From Phoronis australis (taxonomy: Eukaryota; Animalia; Phoronida), in NCBI GenBank assembly GCA_002633005.1, contig NMRA01000068.1, positions 1,009,092 through 1,073,091 on the forward strand: a stretch of DNA of 64,000 bases, read 5' to 3'. Of the stretch, positions 12,565 to 24,020 are shown piece by piece. Both the position numbers and the translations under genes were made by a program. The notes under the pieces are model-generated. The model saw only the letters and a program-made list of their open reading frames with translations. It did not search any database and was not told where the DNA came from. Numbering within the stretch: position 1 is the stretch's first letter; each line of letters starts with the position of its first letter.

Positions 12565-13320
12565 ACGCGCAGTGTTAAAAATGGCTAGTTTCCGATTTTT
12601 TGAACTGAACAAAGGACTGCTCGAAGAAAAAGTTTGATAACGGGAGTAATTGTTAGAGTTGGAAGGAATTAAAGACATCGGAGGCCTCCTAAGGTGTCCC
12701 TCTATGCGCAAAAGGTACTTATAACATGACTTTGATTTTTTAATCACTGTGAGGTGGTGGTCACTGCCTACCATAGACAATGACCATCGTCTGTGCTGGC
12801 GCAGCTAACACAGACGATGGAGCTCCTATTAGCTTCATATGCTGGAGGCTTTCTGGCGAATTATTCCTCACACTGACTAAAACATCAAAGTCACGTTGTT
12901 ATAAATACCTTTTGTGCATCCATGGACACATTAGGAGGTCGTCGATGTATTTAATTCCTTCCAACTCGAACAAATATTCCCGTTATCGAACTTTTTCTTT
13001 GAGCAGTCCTTCGTTCAGTTCCCAAAATCGGTAACTCACCATTTTCACCCTGCGCATGCTAGAGGATACATATGCCATGTCACCTGCCAGGCGCAGTGTT
13101 AAAAATGGTGAGTTACTGATTTGGGGAACTGAACGAGGGACTGCTGCTAGAAGAAAAAGTTTGATAACAGGTTTTTGTTCAAGTTGGAAGAAATTAAATA
13201 CATCAACAAACTCCTCAGGTGTCCATCTATGCTCAAAAGGTATTTATAACAACGTGACATTGACGTTACAGTCAGTGCGAGGAATACTTCACCGAAAAGT
13301 TGTTTCGGTGAATTAGTACA
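12565..13320. mobile_element. Older, diverged copies of the Mutator-like TIR family (solo right TIR plus a foldback copy)
   Basis: TIR core (ggactgctcgaagaaaaagtttgataacggg...ttggaaggaattaaa) at 12565-12770 (+), 12774-13055 (-) and 13090-13320 (+). The termini ggtcactgccta and tagacaatgacc lie 3 bp apart at 12770/12774. Confidence 0.8.
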
Positions 13321-13851
13321 GATGACTAAAGCACGTGCAACCTCACTGCAATTTTTTATCTCTTTGCCTTCTTGATATGACACACGGATGTGCACGGCCG
13401 GGGTTTGACTCGAGTTTAAAAACAAATGAAAAATGAAACAGTGACATCTTGTCAGTTCATCGAGGAGATTTCATTATGGAAAAAGATTTTGTTTTCAACT
13501 TTTATAACTGATTTACGCTGTCGCCCATTTTAGGCTGACTTGGGGGTATAAATTGCATCCTCTCTCGGTGAAATCAAAACGAGGCAACATAGTAAAGAAA
13601 TGAGACAGTGCCCGAAATTGAATGCATTACAGCGGAACAAAAATTGGTGTCATTTAATTCTCAGATTATGTTACAAGTAAGACTTTATGAGATGTCTGAT
13701 ATTTAAAATCTGTCTGATAATTAGGCACACTTGTATACTATGGTCAAACAGATCAAAACCTCAGTTCAAGCCCTGATGAGGGCAAAATTTTAAACAATCC
13801 CAGAACCTGAGGCAAGAGCAAATAACAGTGTTGAGTGAACGGCACACCCGG

Positions 13852-14763
13852 TAGGCAAACCAGAGGCGATGCAGAGGCTATAGGCGCTCTGTACGCCGGA
13901 AGCTTTTCGGCGAACTATGCCACGCACCGACTAAACCATCAGAGTCACGTTGTTATAAATGCCTTTTGCGCATAGAGGAACACCTGAGGAGGTTGTCGAT
14001 GTGTTTAGTTCCTTCCAACTAGAACAAATACTCCCATTATCAAACTTTTTCTTCGAGCAGTCCCTATTTCAGTTCCCAAAATCATGAACTCACCATTTTT
14101 ATACTGCGCACGCTCCAATTTTTACCGCGCTCGCTGGGTGATGTGACTTCATGACCTCAATATTTAAATACGCCAAAGGTGAGCCATTGCGGTCTTGTCA
14201 GTCAAATGTTCGTTTCCAAAATGCCACCACTTATACTTGTCTTTAATTGGCGTTACTTGAAACTGATTGTATTTCAATGAATTATTGTTTGTATTTGATA
14301 AAAATAAATGCTGTTGATATGACATTTAATATTCTTTGTGCACATATTTGACATTTTAATGTTTAACAACACGGCAAATGCACGGCTGGTTCCCGGCAGC
14401 ACGTACGCGAAGGGCGGGATCTTCAGCTTTCAAAGTTCGCCGGTAGGTCCGCAACTTCTGACCTTCGACCTGGTTAAAAAAATGAACATGTTGATTTCAC
14501 GATTTTGGGAACTGAAATAGGGACTGCTCGAAGAAAAAGTTTCATAACGGGAGTATTTGTTCGAGTTGGAACTGTTGGAAGGAATTAAACACATCGACAA
14601 CCTCCTAAGGTGTTCCTCTACGCACAAAGTATTTATAACAACGTGACTCTGATGGTTTAGTCGGTGCGAGGCATAATTCGCCGAAAAGCTTCCGACGTAG
14701 AGAGCGCCTATAGCCTCTGCATCGCCTCTGGTTTGGGCCAACAGAGGCCATGGTCATTCCCGA
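13852..14763. mobile_element. Non-autonomous Mutator-like (MULE) element, copy 1
   Basis: About 250-bp TIRs; 9-bp TSD cacacccgg at 13843-13851 and 14764-14772; no ORF. Confidence 0.9.
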
Positions 14764-14875
14764 CACACCCGGAAGTCACGTGTCACAGCAACAAACAATT
14801 TTAATTTGGAGTAAGAGTTACAGAGCGAATCCTGTATTATGACTGTTGGTGTCAAAGGAAACATTTATTACATAC

Positions 14876-15079
14876 TATAACGGGTTGAGTGCAATCTTCC
14901 TTCGCCTCTTCATTAGGAAACAGGATATCTGTAGCTGATATCAAGGCCAGTGCAATTCTTTGCTTCAAAGTTTCCGAACCCTCCAAGACGAGTTTTCCAT
15001 CCTCTGCGCGTATGAGCAGCGCTTCTTTGCCAGTTTTTGCAACAAATTCACCAAGATCATTGCAGAGTTTTTCCCACAT
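14876..15079 (-). CDS. Probable first coding exon of the zinc-finger gene
   Basis: ATG in accATGtgg context; protein-like sequence MWEKLCNDLGEFVAKTGKEALLIRAEDGKLVLEGSETLKQRIALAL...; donor ATA|gtatgt at 14876/14875 is phase 0, matching the acceptor at 12173. Confidence 0.6.
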
Positions 15080-15465
15080 GGTTACAAGCTCAATAATTTC
15101 TGATTTTCTACTTAAGCCGCGTAAAAGCTGTAGGTGAAAATGACGAAATCAAACGATACGAACTGAACCAAAATGGCGGTTCGAGTTTAGCGACACCTAT
15201 CACCTATTGAAAAAATGGCCAGTAGATGTCTCTCCTAAAGTCGCGTGCTGGTCATAATGAGAAGAGACCTCAAGAGACAGGTATTAGTAGCTGTTGTGGG
15301 GTAAATTATAAAACTTGTTTTTACCCTGGCACTAACCCGCACTTTGTTCTTCTGTTATTTTCAAAGTTATGCACAGTTCAAATTTATCACTAACATGCGC
15401 CGCGCCTACGACAGTGTACTTGCTGGTTGCAATCCTTCGTGATCCACGCAACACTTGCAGGTGTT

Positions 15466-16772
15466 TAGGCAATGACCATCGCCTCTGTTGGCCCGAAGCA
15501 GAGGCGATGTAGAGGCTATAGGCGCTCTGTACGCCGGAAGCTTTTCGGCGAATTTTGCCTCGCACCGACTTAACCATAAAAGTCACGTTGTTCTAAATAC
15601 CTTTTGCGCATAGAGGAACACCTTAGGAGGTTGCCGATGTGTTTAATTCCTTCCAACTCGAACAAATACTCCCGTTATGAAACTTTTTCTTCGAGCAGTC
15701 TCTATTTCAGTTCACAGGCGTCCTCAGCTTCTGATCGTCCCCAATACACTACATATAATACTACAAGGTATGACACTTCGGACTTGAAATTCCACGAGTG
15801 CTTCACTTCAGCCGTCCATAGCAAACATAAAACTCAATAAATTTGCACAAAACAGGGGTTCAACAAACCATGAAGAATTGTTCTTTCTCCCAATACCATT
15901 CACGGTGTCCTGTTACGGCGACTTCGTAAGAAACTCGCAGTCAAAAAACAAAAATGTTCACAAAAAACCCCCACACACGTTCTCCCTAGGCCCGTCGAGG
16001 TCAAGGACGGTTACGGAAATTGCNACCTTAGGAGGTTGTCGATGTGTTTAATTCCTTCCAACTCGAACAAATACTCCCGTTATGAAACTTTTTCTTCGAG
16101 CAGTCCCTATTTCAGTTCCCAAAATCGTGAACTCAACTTTTTTATACTGCGCACGCTCCAATTCATGACCTCAATCTTTAAATAGGCCAAAGGTGAGCCA
16201 TTGCGGTCTTGGCAGTCAAATGTTCGTTTCCAAAATGCCACCACTTATACTTGTCTTTAATTGGCGTTACTTGAAACTGATTGTATTTCAATGAATCATT
16301 GTTTGTATTTGATAAAAACAAATGCTGTTGATATGACATTTAATAGTCTTTTTGCACATATTTGACATTTTAATGTTTAACAACACGGCAAATGCACGAC
16401 TGGTTCCCGGCAGCACGTACGCGAAGGGCGGGAACTTCAGCTTTCAAAGTTCGCCGGTAGGTCCGCAACTTCTGACCTTCGGCCTGGTTAAAAAAAAATG
16501 AAAAAGTTGAGTTCACGATTTTGGGAACTGAAATAGGGACTGCTCGAAGAAAAAGTTTCATAACGGGAGTATTTGTTCGAGTTGGAAGGAATTAAACACA
16601 TCGACAACCTCGTAAGGTGTCCCTCTATGCGCAAAAGGTATTTATAACAACGTGACTTTGATGGTTTAGTCGGTGCGAGGCATAATTCGCCGAAAAGCTT
16701 CCGGCGTACAGAGCGCCTATAGCCTCTACATCGCCTCTGCTTCGGGCCAACAGAGGCGATGGTCATTGCCTA
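15466..16772. mobile_element. Non-autonomous Mutator-like (MULE) element, copy 2
   Basis: Termini taggcaatgacc...ggtcattgccta; 9-bp TSD gcaggtgtt at 15457-15465 and 16773-16781; internal region nearly identical to copy 1; interrupted at 15714-16024 (N at 16024). Confidence 0.92.
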
Positions 16773-17152
16773 GCAGGTGTTCTGCCTTCTTCTATCCATG
16801 AGTTGTTAGTCACAGTCCCTTGTGACACAATACTTGCAGACAGACTATAACCCACAATTCTTCTTGCTGGTCATAGTCTTTCGTGACTCAACACTTGTAG
16901 GTAGTATCTTCTGTTATCAATTCCTCTTGCTGCTGGTCACAGTCTCTCGTGACGCAACTCTTGAAAGCCAATATCTTACTACCCACGATGCAAGTGACAA
17001 GCTCTTAGTTAACCTCATGTTCGTTAACAATTGTTCTTGCCAATTCAGATGCTTTTTAGAATCTCCCACGAGATATGGCTATGTTGTACAATGAATTTCT
17101 TCTGTACACTGTAGCAAGTCTTCTAGCTTCAACCAATGAGTGTACATAGAAT

Positions 17153-18427
17153 AGGAGAGTTCACTCTGCCATCTTGCCATTCGCTGCAATATGGTTATCC
17201 GTCGAAAAACTAGTGCCCCAAGCAGCGAATAAGCAACACTAATTTGGCGGCGCAGTAAGAACCATGCATGTAAACAGTGATAAGTTCGTACATTAATGAC
17301 CTTCGACGTGCAATAAAATTACTGTGTGATTGAAAATGGGTAAAATACGTAAACTAACATCCACTTATAATTGAATGAGAATGAAAATGTGTGTTTTTAA
17401 TAACAGTAAAGTGCATTTGCTTTAATTCTCTTAAAGCTTCCTTCAAAAGCCCTCGTGATTTTTGTTTCATGTTTGAGTTCTTAATCAGGCAAATTACCAT
17501 TCCTTATAACATTTCATACCTCCATGGAATACATGATTTTAGTGATTGCTCCTGGGTGTTCGGGGTGGAGTTGACCCCAGGTGCCAGCAAAGGGGTACAA
17601 GGGAGGAGTGCAAACCAGGTGGGCACCAAATGGGTGTTGACCCCGTCCCAGGGAGTGGAGTGCTAAACAGGTAAAAACCAACGGAGTATGCCACATAAGT
17701 GTTGAGCCCCTCCCATCATCACAAATTTTGGTTGTTCCCTTGACCACTGACAACATGTGCTGATTTGGCCCTCTTTTTAAGTGCATGACATCAGGGACTT
17801 TGGCTTGTAATGACTGGTGGCCATCATGCCCCAGTACCATCCTGTGTGTTTTCCAACTTTTCATTACAAAGTGTTCCTAGCTCACTGTTGGTTTCTTGTC
17901 CACCCAACAATTTTGAATGTGTTCCCTATTGAATACTCCAGGCTGCTACCAGTGCAGACAGTTGGTTTGTGCAGTAGATGTAACACAAGTAAGATGAAGA
18001 AAGCAAGACAATTCATCACTACCACAACACTGTATTCCATTCTTATGCTCTCTCACATATAATTTTAGTAAACGTGCATTGACAACAAAGTATCTGCAGA
18101 AGGCAGAGCATAGCCTATGCAGTAGCCTACACTGCAAATGACAGCGGCACCGGGACTTCAATTGACTTGTCTTCCAACCGTGGACAGAACACACAAAATG
18201 AAGGACAATATATCATGTTACTGATTCAATAATCCTTACCTTTCTGGATCCTTAGGAAACATAAAAATGACTCACCTGGGATTTTCGTTGATGATTTAGT
18301 GCAAATTATAGCATTGCAAAATGCACCCATCCTCATTATACTTGCACTTCCTACTTGACCGTTGCTTATTCACCACTTGGCAGCGCTAGTAGTAGTGATA
18401 AAAGGGAACTCACAAATGAACTCTCCT
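17153..18427 (-). mobile_element. Degenerate THAP-bearing TIR DNA transposon (ISL2EU-like or P-like)
   Basis: TIR aggagagttca...tgaactctcct flanked by AT on both sides. From ATG 18330 (-): MGAFCNAIICTKSSTKIPG, then after a frameshift FMFPKDPER|gtaag, a THAP N-terminal signature (CxxxxC...FPKD). Confidence 0.6.
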
Positions 18428-19614
18428 ATTGTACTGCACTCCTTGCTTCGTCTACTTAATCCCTTCTGTGTATAACTTCTGCCCAAATTCTAATAATGTA
18501 CTTACTAAACACTTGGCTGATAAAAACCACACAATCTTATTTTGTATATCATTAGCTGTTACGATTTGCTCTCAAAAAATTCCTAGAATCTTTAGAGTGC
18601 ATTGATCTCAGAACCAAAGTAATAAACGTCATCTTAATATAGGTGTTGGCGTCAAAAATACATGTACCAGTTTGACCCTATGGTTTTGGACAACTTAATA
18701 GAACTATCTGTACTAATTACTTGATCAGTATTTATGCTGACAATCAGATTACTGTCATTTCTCATCTGTGAGGTGCCAGTTGGCACAATGGAAATGAAAT
18801 GGTGTACTAGCCCAGGATATCCTCCTCTCTATAGCAGCCGCAAACTCGCCTTATGTCACAAAAACAACTTTTGATTTAGATCTCTTGCAGTCTTTTGTCT
18901 AACTAAAAACGGTTCCTTGAGTTTGACCTTGTCAAATTGTATGGGATTTCTAGACTTGGAAACAATGACGGTTTGTCATTGCTTGAGACAAGGCTCTATA
19001 AGTTGTCACTACTTTTATTTATTTGTCGAACCTGGTCTTGTGTATTAACGAACTGTCAATTCTTTCCAAGACAGGTTACCTGGCCAACAATGATTCTCAT
19101 CTGAGTAAGGACTGGCATGAGTTCAGACCAATGTTGTAGTATAATTATCACCTCTACAGGCCCTCTTGATGGCAGAGTGTGAGCGTTGGGACCTAGTTAA
19201 TATTAGCAAGTGGCCTAAATCAAAAGTTATCTTCAACGAACTATAGTATATTGCTGCTTGAATTGTCATAGTGAGCATAGCACCTTGGCGGCACCCCTAA
19301 GTGTCTGCCATATTTCCAATTGACCTAGCTATATATACATATACATATACATATACGTTTATTTTTATATGTTTATTAGTCGATCTTTGGAAGTAACATC
19401 AGCTGTATTAATTGTTATTTGCAATAATTGTTTTTGTTTTTTTAATGTTCTTCCTTTGGAGAAAGTGGTCACTAAATGAAAGAACAGAATATAGAAGGTA
19501 TATTCAAAAAACGGAAAATCTCCGCAAAAATAAATACACAAAACGTACCGAGAGTAGCGTACATGAAGTAATCCGTATCGACCAAAACCGAGAGCTTTTC
19601 CCCATCGTCATCAC

Positions 19615-19835
19615 TAGTGTGACCTACCATCCTCTCTTTTTGCCTAACCAGCTAACACCATTGTAATCATCAGCGCCACCTACCATCCTCTCTTTGTACC
19701 AAACCAGTTAACACCATTGTAGTCATCAGTGCCACCTACCATTCTCCAGCACCATCTTCTCTTTGTACTTAACCAGGAAAGTCCATCATCATAATAAGTG
19801 CCACCTACCAACCTATCTTCATATCAAACCAGTTA
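19615..19835. repeat. About 55-60-bp tandem repeat, about 4 degenerate copies
   Basis: Recurrent gccacctaccatcctctctttgtaccaaaccagttaacaccattgta. Confidence 0.8.
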
Positions 19836-19923
19836 AATTTGTCATCACCATGTTATCATCATCATCTATAACACGATTATTTTAAGTATTATTTTTTATT
19901 GTTTAAGACAGGTTTTTGTTTAA

Positions 19924-21260
19924 AGGCAAAGGCAACCTTTTTTCATGTCATTTTTAGCAAAAATAAGGTTCGTTGATTATTCCAGACATATTTTTCACTT
20001 AATTACAGCTTTTCATAATTTAATTAATTACTCATCGTCTACTCCGTAAGTGACGTTTTGGGAGGCAAGAATTTCGCTCCAATTTCTTTTCATATATTCT
20101 GACTGTGAGAGCAGTCGAGTCAGTCATTGTTCTACCTCGGTTGTGATAAGTTCGGTCATCGTTTGCTTTTGCTTACGAGTCAGTCAACATGCCATGCTGT
20201 TGCTGCATACTGGGGTGTACTCGTTATCGTCTCACGTACAGAGGAAGAACTGCCCCACTTGCCTGAGTGTCCCGCGACACACTCCCACTGGATGGTGATC
20301 TGAGCACCCAAACTGCTTACATCCCGCTGTGCGACTCCCTCGTCACACACGTGGCACCTTCTAAATAGCTCCAATACAAGTCCACAATAAACTTATCAAA
20401 CTTAGGCTCACCGATCTGTTCATTGGATGATGAACTGTCTTCTTCACTGGGTGTCGAACTGGGCCTGTAGTCACTCCCACTACTCAACATCGCTGCAGGG
20501 CTGCTTATAGGCTCTGCCGGGGCTAGAGACAACAACACAGGGCGAATCACTGCTAGTTCTCGGAATTGCACGCTATGGGGTACGTTCGGAGGCACGGCTG
20601 ACAGTAGATGAAGTGCCTCCAGTCAATGTATATAGTGGCCACAGCTCGCGAGGCTTCTTGCTTCAAAAACGCACTTCTCGGGGTTGGCGATGGGGCACTG
20701 CCGGGAATCAACAGCGACGGTATGGTACCCTTCTTCAGGCGTTGTTTTGCAGGGACCTTCATCAATTCAGCATACATATCTCTGTCATAATCTGACTGCA
20801 GAAAATGATTGCCACACACTCGGTAACCCTCCACTGCTTTGTACGTTGCGTGGACTGGTAGTGCTGCGTTCTTCACATGAACGAGCTAGCCAAGTACGGC
20901 AAAGTGTGTCATCCTTCGGAAAGCGATGCAAGGTACCCAAAGCGCGTCTGAGACGATAATGAGTACATCCCGGCACGCATCAACAGTGTGGCATGTTGAC
21001 TGACTTGTAAACAAAAGCAAACGACGACCGAACTTATCACAACCGAGGTAGAACAATGACTGACTCGACAGCTCTCACAGTCAGACTATAATGAAAAGAA
21101 ATTGGCGCGAAACTCTTGCCTCCCAAAACGTCACTTCCGGAGTAAAGGACGAGAAATTAATCAAATTACGAAAAGCTGTAATTAAGTGAAAAATGTGTCT
21201 GGGATAATCAATGAACCTTATTTTTGCTAAAAGTGACATGAAAAAAGGTTGCCTTTGCCT
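19924..21260 (-). mobile_element. Kolobok-like DNA transposon, internally deleted, with THAP and H2CH-type remnants
   Basis: TTAA TSD at 19920-19923 and 21261-21264; termini AGGCAAAGG...CCTTTGCCT; about 310-bp TIRs. Broken THAP (CVPGC...LHRFPKD...W...RVCGNHF...LKKGTIPSL) and KFIVD...ELFRRCHVC...WECVAGHSGKWGSS segment; no DDE core. Confidence 0.88.
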
Positions 21261-22425
21261 TTAAGACAGCTGTAAACCTATGTTCCTTTCAAGTAGCAAA
21301 CTTCCAATTTAGTGTACTCACTGCTATGAATTGATCTGAACTAGTTCCTTACTCAGATGACAAATGTTTTCTGGTTTTGGCAAAGAACTGTCAGTTAGTT
21401 AATGGTGGGCATATCATGACTGCCAGACACTCTGCAACAAGCCAACTTATAGAGCCCCATCTCAACCATTAACCAACTGTCATTTTCTGAAGCCCTGAAT
21501 CATCTCCAATTTGACTAAGGAACTATTTGAGACTTATTTTGTAACGGTAAGTGATCTGAATCAAAAATTTGTTTTCGTGGTGAAAGATTGGTTTATAGTC
21601 GCTTTAATTTTTCTTTATAGTCAATATCGCCAATAGCATCCCTGTTGAAGAGCTTTTCACCATGTCATCGAGGTTTGTTTGTTTAAATGTTACTTTGCGC
21701 AATACAGTCCACATGTGTTGTCCAATTTATTGTTCAAAAGTGGCTCCTCAATAGTTTGAATCTGTCTTGTTTTGGATTGTGATTTGGATGCAAAACTTAA
21801 TAACACTAACCCAAAATTTCGATTTTGGATTTGCGGACCTATAACTGTCCAAGGTTGGCACTGCTGACAGTAGTGTTTCAGTAGCAGCGTTGTTGTCACT
21901 GTAGCTAGTATCTATGGTGGCAAGATCTTTGGCAGTCAGGGATGCCACAGAAGCATCACTGGCGTCACTGTTTGTACCATTGTTGGGTTGCTCTTCATCA
22001 TCTTCATGTGTTCAGTTTCGCCAAGTGGGAAGTGTCACTCCTGGAAGTTCCATCATTATAAGCTGGGGGTGTTGCTCCTGGGGCTGTTGCTCTTGGAGCT
22101 GTTGTTCCCGGGGGTATTGCTCCTGGGAGTAATGTCATGGCAAGTCAGTGGTGTCGTTCCTCGAACTTCCTATAATTGCTAGCTGGGGGTGTCAATCCTG
22201 GAGGTTCTATGGTTGCAATCTGGAGGTGTCTCCTGGAAGTCTATTTCAAGCCATGAATGGTATTCTATTGCCCTCTAGATTTCTCACTTGTTCACTTGCT
22301 TGTTTCACAATTCACGTCTGATTTTGTTTTTGAAATAAAATTTTTGATCGAGGTTTCAAGTTTGGTCATCATGAAGTAATCAGTTCTTGGTCTGTTTCAG
22401 TGGGCCTTACTTGAGTAATCCCAGT

Positions 22426-22581
22426 ATGACTGGTGTTTGTAGTACTGAAGAGGAGTGTCTGCCGACCCAACAGTTGACTGACAAACATCATGGTGTCAAC
22501 CTTCTCCACTCGCTAAACCTTCTTCGCCGAGATGACATTCTGTGTGATTACACTATTAATACACAAGAGTTCGTAACAAAG
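22426..22581 (+). CDS. Kelch-like protein, first coding exon (start of BTB domain)
   Basis: MTGVC...HHGVNLLHSLNLLRRDDILCDYTI...TK; phase 0 donor at 22582 joins VHKCILAASSDYF at 24021. Confidence 0.85.
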
Positions 22582-22654
22582 GTTGTACAAAATGAAGTGT
22601 GTGTTGTGAAGTAACATTAGGGTGCAGCAAGGAAGAATTAACATGATGCACTCG

Positions 22655-23140
22655 GCTTGTTGCCTATTTAGGTCTGACTGCAGATAGGCTAATAAGTCTG
22701 CATGTTGCCTATTTAGGTCACACTGCAGATAGTCTAAACAAGTCAGCATGTTGCCTATTTAGGTCAGACTGCAGTTAGTCTAACAAGTCAGCATGTTGCC
22801 TATTTAGGTCAGACTGCAGTTAGTCTAATAAGTCAGCTGTTGCCTATTTAGGTCAGACTGCAGATAATCTAACAAGTCAGCATGTTGCCTATTTAGGTCA
22901 GACTGCAGTTAGTCTAACAAGTTGGCATGTTGCCTATTTAGGTCAGACTGCAGTTAGTCTAACAAGTCAGCATGTTGCCTATTTAGGTCAGACTGCAGTT
23001 AGTCTAACAAGTCAGTATGTTGCCTATTTAGGTCAGACTGCAGTTAGTCTAACAAGTCAGCATGTTGCCTATTTAGGTCAGACTGCAGTTAGTCTAACAA
23101 GTCAGCATGTTGGCTATTTAGGTCAGACTGCAGTTAGTCT
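22655..23140. repeat. 45-bp minisatellite, about 11 copies, in the Kelch gene intron
   Basis: Highly homogeneous catgttgcctatttaggtcagactgcagttagtctaacaagtcag units, followed by a degenerate 30-35-bp repeat (gatggtaatgagtgagaatatttaca) to about 23450. Confidence 0.97.
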
Positions 23141-24020
23141 TAAATCACTATTTTACTCATGGAAAGAGGTAGTTTATCTCTGAAACTAGATCTTATGTTT
23201 AGTGATCCATGTCTACTTGGATGGTCATGAGTGAGAATAGCAACTTACAGTGGATGGTAGTAAGTAAGAATATTTACAGTAGATGGTGATTAGTGATACA
23301 ACAGACGGTAATGCATTAGGATAATCACAGTAGATGGTTCTGAGACAATATTTACAACGGATGGTAATGCGTTAGAATATTGACAACAGATGATAATGAG
23401 TGAGAATACTTACAATAGATGGTAATGAGTGAGAATATTTATAATAAACAGACCTCTGACTTCCATGGTAATGCAACACTTATACAACCGAGCCTCATTG
23501 TACAGCGTAATCTGTTTAGAATTTTAACTGTGAAGTAACACTCAAACTTCCAAGTCCCAATTTCACCTTATGTATGTAAAATCTTCCCTGGTGTCAATTG
23601 ATCGTTACAATGTACAATTAATTTAGAAGGTCCCTTGTGACGAGGTTTGACTGTATATCGTTTTTATTTCTGCAAAGTAAACTTTCACTTGATGCATTGG
23701 ACTGCTAGAGTATACTCTAGAGGGAAACTATTTAAGAAATTAAAATAACCACAATAAGGAGGAAATTCTTTGCAAAACTCACCGTTTCTTTTTATTGGCT
23801 TTAAAGCATCTTTTGACGAGTACAGAAATGTGTTCAAATCAGAAATCAGTTGAATCACAAGATAAAGCTGTATTTTGGCAAATTTCTGATTTCTACACAT
23901 AATAATGCTTTTATTTTCTTACTGTTAAGCACTCATTAACTGTCAATCAAACGTATGTCACATTAGAAAAGTTACATATGTCTAATTGTTAACAAAGTAT
24001 TAATTGCATACAATGTTTAG

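Noticed and set aside
15714-16024. Captured sequence inside MULE copy 2 (Pack-MULE-like)
   Set aside because: Ends at an N and is followed by a re-start of TIR sequence, so a contig-join artefact is at least as likely; needs raw long reads.
21690-22250. Short ORFs and 15-bp ctcctggg repeats upstream of the Kelch gene
   Set aside because: Multiple stops and no recognisable domain; cannot be supported as coding.
22655-23140. CRISPR-like regular repeat
   Set aside because: Contiguous 45-bp units with no unique spacers, in a eukaryotic intron with no cas genes.
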